Assembly (NCBI RefSeq): GCF_000011805.1
Contig: NC_006840.2
DNA: 32,000 nucleotides
Direction: 5' to 3' (one strand)
From: Aliivibrio fischeri ES114
Lineage (GTDB): Bacteria; Pseudomonadota; Gammaproteobacteria; Enterobacterales; Vibrionaceae
Part shown: piece by piece, positions 8,574 to 17,862 of the stretch
Layout of the letters: each line of letters begins with the position of its first letter
Numbering within the stretch: position 1 is the first letter of the stretch
Notes under the pieces: model-generated
Told to the model about the DNA's origin: nothing
Seen by the model: only the letters and a program-made list of their open reading frames with translations
Database searches by the model: none
Translations under genes and position numbers: made by a program

Positions 8574-10016
8574 TTATCCTTTTTCTTCTTTCTCAGCTTT
8601 TTTACATATCGCTTTTACCATGCCTTTGAAGATAAAAAGGTGTGCGGGAAACATCGCAAACCAATACATTAATCCCCAAAAGCCTTTTGGGTGCCACCAA
8701 GCACGGACATCTAACTCTCTGGTGTTGTTTTCAAGCTCTTTTATTGAAAATTCGAGTCGTCCTAACCCCGGAGCGGTCATTCCAAATAATAGAGATAAAA
8801 ATTCGTTGTTTTCACAACGGATCACTTTCCAAGAATCAATGTAGTCACCCAGTTGCAGCTGATCTGATTTTGGTTTTCTTCGTATAGGAAAAGAGCCGCC
8901 AAGCAGTGGATCAAGCCACTCTCTGGTTCGCCATAACCCATTGGCAAAAAAGTAGCCTTCAGGCCCACCAAGTTGCAATATTACTTTCCACAGTGAATTA
9001 GCCGATGCGTTGGTTGTAAAACTGGCTCCGGCTTGTTTAGGGTAGTAACCGTAATCGGGTTGCCAACGACGCAGTGCACTTGGGTCGAATCCCCATATTT
9101 CACCTTGTAGACTATTGGCCGAAGTATGATTAGCCAATTTCAATGCTTCAGGAAGTGGGGTGAGTGTTTGGGGCATGAGCTGCTGTATTTTTGAATTATC
9201 TGCAAGCAAATCATGATCTATCCCTGCGAGAAGTGCACGTCCTAACTCAGATGGAACCGAGGTAATAATTCCAAGCCATAAACCTGCAAATTTAGGTGAA
9301 ATAAAACGAGTTGGAATAATTTTGATGGATTTATTTAGTCGTTTAGCCAGAAGGTTAAAGAGCTGAAGGTAGGTAACGGTATCTGGCCCTCCAGCTTCTA
9401 AGGAAAGCGAGTTACTAACCTCGATATCAAGGCATTGAATGAGGTAATCATTTAGATTATCAATGGCGATAGGATTGGCTTGAGAATGAATCCATTTAGG
9501 ACAGAGAATGATGGCTAAGTGATTGATAAAATCTGTCATGATCTCGAGGGCAGCAGAGCCTGCACCGATAATAATGCCCGATTGAATTTCAATGGTGGTG
9601 ATGCCGGTAGAACGAAGAATCTCCCCAGTTTTTTGTCGAGCCAGTAAATGCTGTGACTGATGATTCTCTGGTTGTAATGCACTTAAATAGATAATCCGTT
9701 TCAGTTGGGATTGTTCAGCGGCATCTGCAAAATTTTGAGCTAAGGAGACTTCATAATCTATAAAATCGTGACCGTGTGACATCCCATGTACTAAAAAATA
9801 ACCAATATCACAATCAAACAAGAGTGGTTCGATTGTTGTTTTATTTTCTAAATCAAGGTATTCACAGCGCAAGTTAGGGTGTTGTTGAACTCTATCGGTT
9901 AAATACTGGATATTTCGGGCACAAGCAATAACCTGATGCCCTTGCTCTAATAACAATGGAATTAACTGCGAGCCTATGTACCCTGATGCACCAACAATAA
10001 TTATTCTATGAGCCAT
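8574..10016 (-). CDS. SDR/NAD(P)-binding protein with C-terminal DUF2867-like domain
   Basis: N-terminal Rossmann motif RIIIVGASGYIGSQLIPLLLEQGHQVIACARN; C-terminal WHPKGFWGLMYWFAMFPAHLFIFKGM. Confidence 0.88.
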   Translation of the reverse strand: MAHRIIIVGASGYIGSQLIPLLLEQGHQVIACARNIQYLTDRVQQHPNLRCEYLDLENKTTIEPLLFDCDIGYFLVHGMSHGHDFIDYEVSLAQNFADAAEQSQLKRIIYLSALQPENHQSQHLLARQKTGEILRSTGITTIEIQSGIIIGAGSAALEIMTDFINHLAIILCPKWIHSQANPIAIDNLNDYLIQCLDIEVSNSLSLEAGGPDTVTYLQLFNLLAKRLNKSIKIIPTRFISPKFAGLWLGIITSVPSELGRALLAGIDHDLLADNSKIQQLMPQTLTPLPEALKLANHTSANSLQGEIWGFDPSALRRWQPDYGYYPKQAGASFTTNASANSLWKVILQLGGPEGYFFANGLWRTREWLDPLLGGSFPIRRKPKSDQLQLGDYIDSWKVIRCENNEFLSLLFGMTAPGLGRLEFSIKELENNTRELDVRAWWHPKGFWGLMYWFAMFPAHLFIFKGMVKAICKKAEKEEKG

Positions 10017-10321
10017 TTGTAAGAATCCATCCTTTTCCTAAGTGCTTTTTTATTAATACTATTTGATTCTAGTATAATTTATGAACATATACTTGATTAA
10101 ATAGACACTTTTGTATTCTATGGAATCGATAGGCGATGTGATTGAATTTATTTGATGAAATTAAAAAATAAATTTTAAAAATGGATAGATAAGTAATAAA
10201 AACTGGCAGTATGTTCTATATCTGTGTCGAACTGCGAGTTAGACCATAAAAAGCTTTAAGAAGTAAGGGGAATAGTGTAGATTCTGTTACCGATATCACA
10301 ATACATCTTTTGAGAGGGGAT

Positions 10322-10993
10322 ATGTTAAAGCTGACAAACCTGAATAAAGGTTATTTGGATGGTGGCGAGTTTCATCCAATCCTTCAAGGGGCAGAATTAA
10401 CAATTGAGCAAGGAGCTCAGATAGCATTAATGGGCGAAAGTGGCTCAGGAAAAAGTACCCTCTTAAATCTTATCGCAGGCCTAGATAGTGTAGACAGTGG
10501 TGAAATTAATATCGCTGGTTTTTCAATGCACGCCCCTGAACAAAGTTCTCGAACTTCTTACCGTAGAAACAATATTGGCTTAGTATTTCAACAGTTTAAC
10601 CTTCTTCCTACGTTAAGCGTGGCAGATAACATTCGTTTTTGTCGCCAACTTAAAGGGTTAAGAGACGATGATGCGTTATGGCGTCAAATTATCTCAGCTC
10701 TTGATCTTATGCCTCTACTTGGTCGTTACCCTGAAGAAATCTCTGGTGGACAACAGCAACGAGCTGCGATTGCTCGAGCTTTGTATATGGAGCCAAAATT
10801 ATTACTTGCGGATGAGCCAACCGGTAGCCTCGATGAAAAAAATGCTGAAGCAGTAATGCGATTGTTAACACGATTATCTCGTGATCTTCATTGCACACTT
10901 TTATTGGTGACTCACAGTGAGAAAGTGGCAGAGCATATGGATGGTTTAGTTAAACTTCAGGGAGGCTTACTGAATGTTATTTCCGGTAGCTAA
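10322..10993 (+). CDS. ABC transporter ATP-binding protein (LolD/MacB-like)
   Basis: Walker [10 protein letters not shown], signature SGGQQQR, Walker [16 protein letters not shown] at 10322 is preceded by a GAGAGGGG RBS; the track start at 10310 is less likely. Confidence 0.95.
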   Translation: MLKLTNLNKGYLDGGEFHPILQGAELTIEQGAQIALMGESGSGKSTLLNLIAGLDSVDSGEINIAGFSMHAPEQSSRTSYRRNNIGLVFQQFNLLPTLSVADNIRFCRQLKGLRDDDALWRQIISALDLMPLLGRYPEEISGGQQQRAAIARALYMEPKLLLADEPTGSLDEKNAEAVMRLLTRLSRDLHCTLLLVTHSEKVAEHMDGLVKLQGGLLNVISGS

Positions 10994-13427
10994 AGCGCTT
11001 CTTGGACACTACCGTAAACATCCGTTGCAAATCTTTTTAGTGTGGCTTGGTTTAACACTCGGAGTTGCTTTACTTGTTGGTGTTCTCGCGATAAACCATC
11101 ACGCTAAAGTCAGTTATAGCGAAGGCGAAAAGCTTTTCTCAAATCCTTTTCCTAACCGTATTCGCTCTATTCAAGATAATGTTGTTATCCCTCAGGCGTT
11201 TTATATTAACTTACGTCGGGCTGGCTACACCTCTTGCATGCCTATACAAACCTTGCATTTAGAAACCAATGAAAAGATTGATATCTCTATGGTTGGTATC
11301 GATCCTATTGCGTTAATGCAGATTTCATCAGGGAACTTAGCAAACACGGACAATATGTTGTCTTTAATGCGTCCTCCGTTCCCGGTATTGATCAGTAAGC
11401 CGCTAGCTTCGTATTTTAGCTTAAAAGATGGCGATTATATTGAGTTAAAAAACCAATCCAATATTGGCCCTGTTATTGTTGATAAACAAAATCGCTTGGC
11501 GGGCTCTCGACTGTTTTCAGATATCGCACTGACTAAGATGCTAGGCCATAAAGCGGGCTTTAATATCATTTTATGCGGAGCAATGTCAGAGCAAAAAAAA
11601 GAGCGTTTAGAGCGAATGCTTCCTCGTGGATTGCAACTTGAAACGCATAAAGAATCGGGCTTAACGGCGTTAACGAATGCTTTTCACACGAATTTACTTG
11701 CGATGGGAATGCTCTCTTTTATCGTTGGTCTCTTTATTTTCTATCAAGCTATGTCGCTCTCTTTTGTGCAGAGACAGCCGTTGGTTGGGACGCTACGTCA
11801 AATTGGCGTATCCACAAAAGAGCTTATTTTAGCCATGAGCCTCGAAGTGATCATTTGGATCATTATTGGCTGGATAAGTGGTAACTTTTTTGGCTTATTG
11901 TTGGCGAATGAATTAATGCCGACGGTATCGAACAGTTTGTATTCTTTATATAACGCTGAAGTGGATTTATTAATCTCATGGAGTTGGGATTGGAGTTATC
12001 AAAGTCTGCTAATGGCCGTATTAGGGTGTGTATTAGCTTGTGGTTGGCCGTTGTATCGTCTTTTAACCATTGAGCCAATTCGCTTAACTGCTCGTCTATC
12101 TTTAGCACGTTTTGCAGGCAAAGAGTTTGAAGTTCAAGCTATCATCGCTTGTGTGATTTTCGTTGCAGCTTATCTGATAAATTTATTACCTCATAGTCAC
12201 AGAAATGGGTTTATGTTGATTGGCTTCTTAATGATAAGTATTGGGTTGTTAACCCCGTTTATTATTTGGAAGTTTTTTGATTGGCTCTCTTATACATTGC
12301 CATCAGCAAAAGCACGTTGGTTCTTCTCTGATTCAGCAGCAAGCTTAAGTTATCGTGGTGTGGCGGCAATGGCCTTTATGCTTGCGCTAGCATCTAATAT
12401 TGGCGTGGAAACCATGGTGGGCAGTTTTAGAGCAACCACTAACAATTGGTTAGAGCAACGCTTGGCTGCTGATATTTATATTGAACCAAGTAAAGCGTCG
12501 GCTGGACGAATCAGTTATTGGTTAGAAAAACAACCTGAAGTGAAATCTGTGTGGCGTCAGTGGAAGATTGATTATCAAACAGAATTCGGCAATTTAGAGA
12601 TCATCAGTACTGGTTCTACTGAGGGTGAGAAAAATGCGTTAACCATGAAAGTGGCGATTCCTGATTACTGGTATTCACTTCACCATGGACGCAATGTATT
12701 AATCAGTGAATCCATGTCATTGAAATGGGACTTAAAACCGGGTGATTACATCGATCTTCCTGCTCCTATGGGGAACAATTGGCAGATTTCTGGTGTGTAT
12801 TATGATTACGGAAATCCGTATAACCAATTGTTGCTCTCTCATGGGACGTGGTTAAAGGCGTTTGGCGGTCAGGGTAAAACCGGGATTGGGGTTGTGCTAA
12901 CGGACCAAGCAAAAAGAACCGAATTAATTGGACGAGTATTAAAACAGTATCGATTATCTGCAGAGCAGGTTAGCGATAATAATAATATTCAAATACAGGC
13001 AATGCGTGTGTTTGATAGAACATTTATTGTTACGGGAACCCTTGGTAATCTGACGTTAGTTATCGCTGTTTTTGGTCTGTTTTTTGCCACATTGGTTGGT
13101 GAAATATCACGACAAAGACAAACTGCATTATTGCGATGTTTAGGACTGTCTGGCAAAGAGTTGGTGCTGCTTGGTGGCTTACAGTTGCTGGTTATTGGCT
13201 TATTTACCATTCTTATTGCATTGCCGTTAGGGCTGATTTTGTCACAGCTATTGATTGATATTGTTATGAAATATGCTTTTGGTTGGACAATGGAAATCCA
13301 TTACTTCCCTAAAGAATACACCATTACGTTCTTATGGACTTTACTGGCTTTAACTGTTGCTGGTGCTGGAACCATTTGGAGAGTAACAAAGCGACAAGCC
13401 ATTACTTCATTAAGGGAATCTTTGTAA
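10974..13427 (+). CDS. FtsX-family ABC transporter permease (two FtsX-like modules)
   Basis: 817 aa, N-terminal TM, periplasmic domain and repeated FtsX-type TM blocks; overlaps the upstream ATPase gene. Confidence 0.92.
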   Translation: MLFPVAKALLGHYRKHPLQIFLVWLGLTLGVALLVGVLAINHHAKVSYSEGEKLFSNPFPNRIRSIQDNVVIPQAFYINLRRAGYTSCMPIQTLHLETNEKIDISMVGIDPIALMQISSGNLANTDNMLSLMRPPFPVLISKPLASYFSLKDGDYIELKNQSNIGPVIVDKQNRLAGSRLFSDIALTKMLGHKAGFNIILCGAMSEQKKERLERMLPRGLQLETHKESGLTALTNAFHTNLLAMGMLSFIVGLFIFYQAMSLSFVQRQPLVGTLRQIGVSTKELILAMSLEVIIWIIIGWISGNFFGLLLANELMPTVSNSLYSLYNAEVDLLISWSWDWSYQSLLMAVLGCVLACGWPLYRLLTIEPIRLTARLSLARFAGKEFEVQAIIACVIFVAAYLINLLPHSHRNGFMLIGFLMISIGLLTPFIIWKFFDWLSYTLPSAKARWFFSDSAASLSYRGVAAMAFMLALASNIGVETMVGSFRATTNNWLEQRLAADIYIEPSKASAGRISYWLEKQPEVKSVWRQWKIDYQTEFGNLEIISTGSTEGEKNALTMKVAIPDYWYSLHHGRNVLISESMSLKWDLKPGDYIDLPAPMGNNWQISGVYYDYGNPYNQLLLSHGTWLKAFGGQGKTGIGVVLTDQAKRTELIGRVLKQYRLSAEQVSDNNNIQIQAMRVFDRTFIVTGTLGNLTLVIAVFGLFFATLVGEISRQRQTALLRCLGLSGKELVLLGGLQLLVIGLFTILIALPLGLILSQLLIDIVMKYAFGWTMEIHYFPKEYTITFLWTLLALTVAGAGTIWRVTKRQAITSLRESL

Positions 13428-14548
13428 TGCAAAGCCAAAATAAAAAGAACAGTAGCTTGATAATATCAGTGCTGATTTTGATTGCTATTTTAGGTTGTGC
13501 TCTCGCTTATTACTTTAATTGGCAGCAGGTAAACGTAGAAAGAAACGGGGAAGCAAGCACCATTTTTTCTCATACGGATGGGGCTTTTTTTGAACCCGTT
13601 TTACCTGATACTCCCATCGTTTTTCCTAAAGATTATCAAGAACATCCTGAATATCAGCATGAAAAATGGCTAATGACGGTGAATGCCAAAAATCAAAATG
13701 GTGATGCGATTGGCATACAGTGGAGTATGTTTAGGGTTTCTAATGATGATAGAGAGACTAAGGGATGGTTAGATCCTCGTTTGTATATTGCCAAGGTTGT
13801 GATAACAACGAAAAACGGTAAATGGTTTGCTGAACGCTTAGCTCGTGGTGGTATTGGACAGGTAGGAGTCAGTCAGCGTCCATACCGAGTTTGGATTGAT
13901 GACTGGGAGTGGAGAAGTTTAGGTAGAACACCATTTCCAGGACGATTAGCGGCATCTTCTGATGACTTCTCTTTAAAGCTATCCCTTAATTCTAATACGT
14001 TCCCTGTTCTAATGGGAGAAAAGGGCTATTTAAAGAAACACGATTTTCTTCCTATTGCTTCTTATGAATACATAGAGCCTTTTATTGCTGTGCGTGGCTC
14101 TGTAACGTTTGATAATAAAACGTATACCATTACTGGCCAAGCGTTATTAGAGCATGAGTGGGCAAGTGGCTTTTTTGATGAAAATCAGTACGGCAGAGAT
14201 TGGTTTGCTATTAATTTGGATAATCAGACTAAACTGATAGTGACACAATATCGATACCAAGATCATCCACCATACCAATTTGGCGCTTTATTGAGAAAAA
14301 ATGGCAGCTATACGTTACTTAGTGAAGAAGATCTCACTTTACAAACTTTGCCTGCTCGCCAACTAAAAAATGGTCGAAAAGTGCCGTTACAATGGATTAT
14401 AAATATTCCAAAATACGATATTAATTTAACCACTCAAGTAATGAGAAATGAACAGTGGTTAGACGCATTTATTCCTTATTGGCAAGGACCAATAACAACA
14501 ACGGGTTCACATCAAGCTTCTGGATTCATGCAATTAGCTGGATATTAA
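13427..14548 (+). CDS. AttH-like / lipocalin-like exported protein
   Basis: ATG overlaps the permease stop (TAATG). N-terminal TM/signal, then GIQWSMFRVSNDDRE, EHEWASGFFDENQYGRDWFAINLDN and ASGFMQLAGY motifs. Confidence 0.85.
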   Translation: MQSQNKKNSSLIISVLILIAILGCALAYYFNWQQVNVERNGEASTIFSHTDGAFFEPVLPDTPIVFPKDYQEHPEYQHEKWLMTVNAKNQNGDAIGIQWSMFRVSNDDRETKGWLDPRLYIAKVVITTKNGKWFAERLARGGIGQVGVSQRPYRVWIDDWEWRSLGRTPFPGRLAASSDDFSLKLSLNSNTFPVLMGEKGYLKKHDFLPIASYEYIEPFIAVRGSVTFDNKTYTITGQALLEHEWASGFFDENQYGRDWFAINLDNQTKLIVTQYRYQDHPPYQFGALLRKNGSYTLLSEEDLTLQTLPARQLKNGRKVPLQWIINIPKYDINLTTQVMRNEQWLDAFIPYWQGPITTTGSHQASGFMQLAGY

Positions 14549-14712
14549 TTGAATTGAATATAGACGATGCGAATAAAGCGCTGTAAAACGCTTAACACTT
14601 CGGATTTTCCGATGTATAAGCTCTGAACAAGCGATTATTCTTGATATTGATCAACGGGTAGACTTTTCTTATTCGTTTTTCAGTAAACCATAATTATAAG
14701 CAAGGACATCTT

Positions 14713-15861
14713 ATGAGTGATGTTATTAAGAATTTTTTCAAATTAGAATCTGCCGGTGGGATTCTGTTAGTGATCGCAGCTGCGATTGCTATGATGATTG
14801 CAAACTCTTCATTAGCACCAATGTACGATACATTTTTACATTCTTATATCGGTGGAATGTCAGTATCACATTGGATTAATGACGGTCTAATGGCTGTTTT
14901 CTTCCTATTGATCGGATTAGAAGTAAAAAGAGAATTATTAGAAGGTGCGTTAAAATCAAAAGAAACCGCTATCTTCCCTGCAATTGCAGCGGTAGGTGGT
15001 ATGTTAGCGCCAGCTTTAGTTTACGTTGCATTTAATATGGGCGATCCTGAAGCTCTATCTGGTTGGGCTATTCCTGCGGCAACAGATATTGCGTTTGCAT
15101 TAGGTATCATGGCGCTTCTTGGTAATCGAGTTCCTGTTAGCTTAAAAGTGTTCTTACTTGCACTAGCTATTATTGATGATTTAGGCGTTGTTGTTATTAT
15201 CGCTTTCTTCTACACAAGTGATCTATCTGTTCTTGCTCTTGTAATTGGTTTTGTAATGACAGGTTTACTGTTCTTACTGAATGCAAAACATGTAACAAAG
15301 ATCCGCTGGTATTTATTGGTTGGCTTTATCCTGTGGGTGAGCGTACTGCAATCAGGTGTTCACGCAACGTTAGCTGGTGTGGTTCTTGGTTTTGCTATCC
15401 CTCTTAAAGGCAATAAAGGTGAGCGTTCACCACTAAAACACATGGAACACGCATTACACCCTTATGTTGCGTTTGCTATCCTTCCTGTGTTCGCATTTGC
15501 TAATGCTGGTATCTCTCTAGAAGGTGTGTCACTTGATAGTTTGACGACAACATTACCTCTAGGTGTTGCTTTAGGTCTGTTCCTTGGTAAGCCTCTAGGT
15601 ATCTTCAGCTTTAGTTACCTTGCTGTTAAGTCTGGTGTAGCAAAACTACCAACAGGCGTAAACATGAAGCATATTTTTGCTGTATCAGTGCTGTGTGGTA
15701 TCGGCTTTACTATGTCCATCTTTATCTCATCACTGGCATTTGGTGGTGTGAACCCAGAGTTTGATAAACTGGCTCGCTTAGGTATCTTGATGGGCTCGAC
15801 ATTTGCAGCGGTTGTTGGCTATGCGTTGTTAAGCATCTCATTACCAAAGAAAGCAGCATAA
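14713..15861 (+). CDS. nhaA: Na+/H+ antiporter NhaA
   Basis: [28 protein letters not shown] and [18 protein letters not shown] motifs; 382 aa. Confidence 0.98.
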   Translation: MSDVIKNFFKLESAGGILLVIAAAIAMMIANSSLAPMYDTFLHSYIGGMSVSHWINDGLMAVFFLLIGLEVKRELLEGALKSKETAIFPAIAAVGGMLAPALVYVAFNMGDPEALSGWAIPAATDIAFALGIMALLGNRVPVSLKVFLLALAIIDDLGVVVIIAFFYTSDLSVLALVIGFVMTGLLFLLNAKHVTKIRWYLLVGFILWVSVLQSGVHATLAGVVLGFAIPLKGNKGERSPLKHMEHALHPYVAFAILPVFAFANAGISLEGVSLDSLTTTLPLGVALGLFLGKPLGIFSFSYLAVKSGVAKLPTGVNMKHIFAVSVLCGIGFTMSIFISSLAFGGVNPEFDKLARLGILMGSTFAAVVGYALLSISLPKKAA

Positions 15862-15888
15862 ACCTGTTATCTTAAAATAAGTTTTGAT

Positions 15889-15919
15889 AAATACCTCGCA
15901 AATAGCGGGGTATTTTTTT
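15889..15919 (+). terminator. Rho-independent terminator of nhaA
   Basis: AAATACCTCGC-AAATA-GCGGGGTATTT followed by T-tract. Confidence 0.9.
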
Positions 15920-15923
15920 GGAC

Positions 15924-15955
15924 AAAAAAAAGCCCAAACAATAAATTGAATGGGC
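15924..15955 (-). terminator. Minus-strand rho-independent terminator (candidate sRNA/leader 3' end, unit A)
   Basis: Minus strand GCCCATTCAATTTATTGTTTGGGC followed by TTTTTTTT. Confidence 0.75.
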
Positions 15956-16044
15956 AAAAGGAATATAAGGAATTATGAAAAAGCTATAGTTGATAAGATA
16001 AAACTTGGCGGCCTGCTAAATTTTAAAATTCATCATCAACGGGT

Positions 16045-16079
16045 ATAAAATCAGACTAGCGATTTTTCTCTTAGTTCAA
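16045..16079 (-). repeat. Tandem diverged module copy A
   Basis: 35 nt matching 16232-16266 at 28/35 positions. Confidence 0.6.
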
Positions 16080-16144
16080 TAAATATTCAATTTTTTTTAA
16101 ATTATTTTTTTGGGTACTTATCTGTAAGAAATAGTGGTCCAGAT

Positions 16145-16191
16145 AAAGAAAAACCCGTTACCTATAATGCTAAAATTAGCGAGATAACGGG
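16145..16191 (-). terminator. Minus-strand rho-independent terminator (unit B)
   Basis: Minus strand CCCGTTA..GCTAATTTTAGC..TAACGGG followed by TTTTTCTTT. Confidence 0.7.
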
Positions 16192-16305
16192 CTTCTTGAA
16201 TATATCAAGAAAAAGCAGTGGAATTATGAACATAAATTCAGACTGCCGCTTTTTCCAATAGTTCAAAAAAAGTGAAGATAATTCCATTTTTTTTGTAAAA
16301 ACCAT
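16162..16305 (-). CDS. Candidate small ORF, 47 aa, hydrophobic C-terminal half
   Basis: ATG at 16305 with GGAGG SD 7 nt upstream (16313-16317). MVFTKKMELSSLFLNYWKKRQSEFMFIIPLLFLDIFKKPVISLILAL*. Stop lies within the terminator loop. Confidence 0.4.
   Translation of the reverse strand: MVFTKKMELSSLFLNYWKKRQSEFMFIIPLLFLDIFKKPVISLILAL
16232..16266 (-). repeat. Tandem diverged module copy B
   Basis: 35 nt matching 16045-16079 at 28/35 positions. Confidence 0.6.
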
Positions 16306-16414
16306 TTTCACACCTCCAACCACTCACTATTTTGACAAAAATTGTCATAAATGGGATGCGAACTGGAGAAGAACCTTTTATCCTACAAGGTAATTATTAG
16401 AAGGAAAGTTGAAC

Positions 16415-17617
16415 ATGATCATCAAACCTAGAATTCGTGGATTCATTTGTACAACCACTCACCCTGTTGGTTGTGAGCAAAACGTAAAAGAGCAAATCGC
16501 ATTAACTAAAGCTCAAGGCCCAATTGCTAACGCACCAAAACGTGTATTAGTTGTTGGTTCTTCAAGTGGCTACGGTCTATCTTCTCGTATTACAGCTGCT
16601 TTTGGTGGTGGTGCATCAACCATCGGTGTATTTTTTGAAAAAGCGGGTACAGAGAAAAAACCAGGTACAGCTGGTTGGTATAACTCTGCGGCTTTTGACA
16701 AATTTGCAAAAGAAGAAGGTTTATACTCTAAAAGTTTAAATGGCGATGCTTTCTCTAATGAAGCAAAACAAAAAACGATTGATCTAATTAAAGAAGATTT
16801 AGGTCAAATCGATATGGTTGTTTACTCATTAGCATCACCTGTACGTAAAATGCCTGAAACAGGTGAAGTGATCCGTTCTTCACTGAAACCTATCGGCGAA
16901 ACTTACACAGCAACAGCGGTAGATACAAACAAAGATGCAATCATTGAAGCATCAGTTGAGCCTGCAACAGAGCAAGAGATCAAAGATACTGTTACTGTAA
17001 TGGGTGGCGAAGACTGGGAACTGTGGATTAACGCATTATCAGAAGCTGGCGTTCTAGCTGATGGTTGTAAAACCGTTGCATACAGCTACATTGGTACTGA
17101 GCTAACATGGCCAATCTACTGGGATGGTGCTCTAGGTCAAGCTAAGATGGATTTAGATCGTGCAGCAACAGCGCTAAACGAGAAACTATCTGCGACAGGT
17201 GGCACAGCAAACGTAGCAGTACTAAAATCTGTAGTGACACAAGCAAGTTCTGCAATTCCTGTTATGCCACTGTACATCGCAATGGTATTCAAGAAAATGC
17301 GTGAAGAAGGCGTACACGAAGGTTGCCAAGAGCAAATTCTACGTATGTTTAGCCAACGTCTATATAAAGCAGATGGTTCAGCAGCAGAAGTTGATGAGAA
17401 AAACCGTCTACGTTTAGATGACTGGGAACTTCGTGAAGATATTCAACAACACTGTCGTGATCTATGGCCTCAAGTAACTACTGAGAACCTAAAAGATTTA
17501 ACTGACTATGTTGAGTACAAAGAAGAGTTCTTAAAACTATTTGGCTTTGGTGTTGACGGTGTTGATTACGACGCTGATGTTAACCCTGAAGTAAACTTTG
17601 ATGTTGCTGATATCTAA
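16415..17617 (+). CDS. fabV: Trans-2-enoyl-CoA/enoyl-ACP reductase FabV
   Basis: [43 protein letters not shown] and [26 protein letters not shown]; RBS AAGGAAAG before ATG at 16415. Confidence 0.97.
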   Translation: MIIKPRIRGFICTTTHPVGCEQNVKEQIALTKAQGPIANAPKRVLVVGSSSGYGLSSRITAAFGGGASTIGVFFEKAGTEKKPGTAGWYNSAAFDKFAKEEGLYSKSLNGDAFSNEAKQKTIDLIKEDLGQIDMVVYSLASPVRKMPETGEVIRSSLKPIGETYTATAVDTNKDAIIEASVEPATEQEIKDTVTVMGGEDWELWINALSEAGVLADGCKTVAYSYIGTELTWPIYWDGALGQAKMDLDRAATALNEKLSATGGTANVAVLKSVVTQASSAIPVMPLYIAMVFKKMREEGVHEGCQEQILRMFSQRLYKADGSAAEVDEKNRLRLDDWELREDIQQHCRDLWPQVTTENLKDLTDYVEYKEEFLKLFGFGVDGVDYDADVNPEVNFDVADI

Positions 17618-17778
17618 TACCAATCTACATAAGTATTTGATCATTCTTGCTTGTTAAAATTGATTATATCTGCGTTATAAATTTTGTAATTAGATCCACT
17701 AGTTACTGTAATTTATGCCTTGCTTTAATCAATTTTTTCTACGCAATTATCTGAACAACCACTTATCCAGAATGGTAT
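17617..17778. repeat. About 162-bp palindromic, MITE-like intergenic repeat immediately downstream of fabV
   Basis: Starts ATACCAATCTACATAAGTATTTG and ends with the reverse complement of ATACCATTCTGGATAAGTGGTTG; internal imperfect complementarity (AAAATTGATTA, ATAAATT). Confidence 0.65.
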
Positions 17779-17801
17779 AATCAGTAAACAAAAGAGAAAA
17801 G

Positions 17802-17836
17802 AAAACCCCAGAGTGAATGTTCATTCTGGGGTTTTT
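17802..17836 (+). terminator. Terminator downstream of fabV, also usable for ybjL
   Basis: AAAACCCCAGA..TGAATGTTCA..TCTGGGGTTTTTT. Confidence 0.85.
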
Positions 17837-17862
17837 TATTGGTTCCAATAAATGGGTTCGTA

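Noticed and set aside
8521-8887. Plus-strand 107-aa and 81-aa ORFs opposite the SDR gene
   Set aside because: Antisense shadow of the conserved SDR/DUF2867 frame; composition is serine/phenylalanine rich because it covers an A/G-rich 3' end.
10017-10321. Sigma-54-like promoter (CTGGCAGTATGTTCT) before the ABC operon
   Set aside because: The -12 element and spacing do not match the TGGCAC-N5-TTGCA consensus.
14549-14712. Small hairpins upstream of nhaA (AAGCG..CGCTT, CGG..CCG)
   Set aside because: Stems are short, with no T-tract or recognisable regulatory motif; not strong enough to claim a feature.
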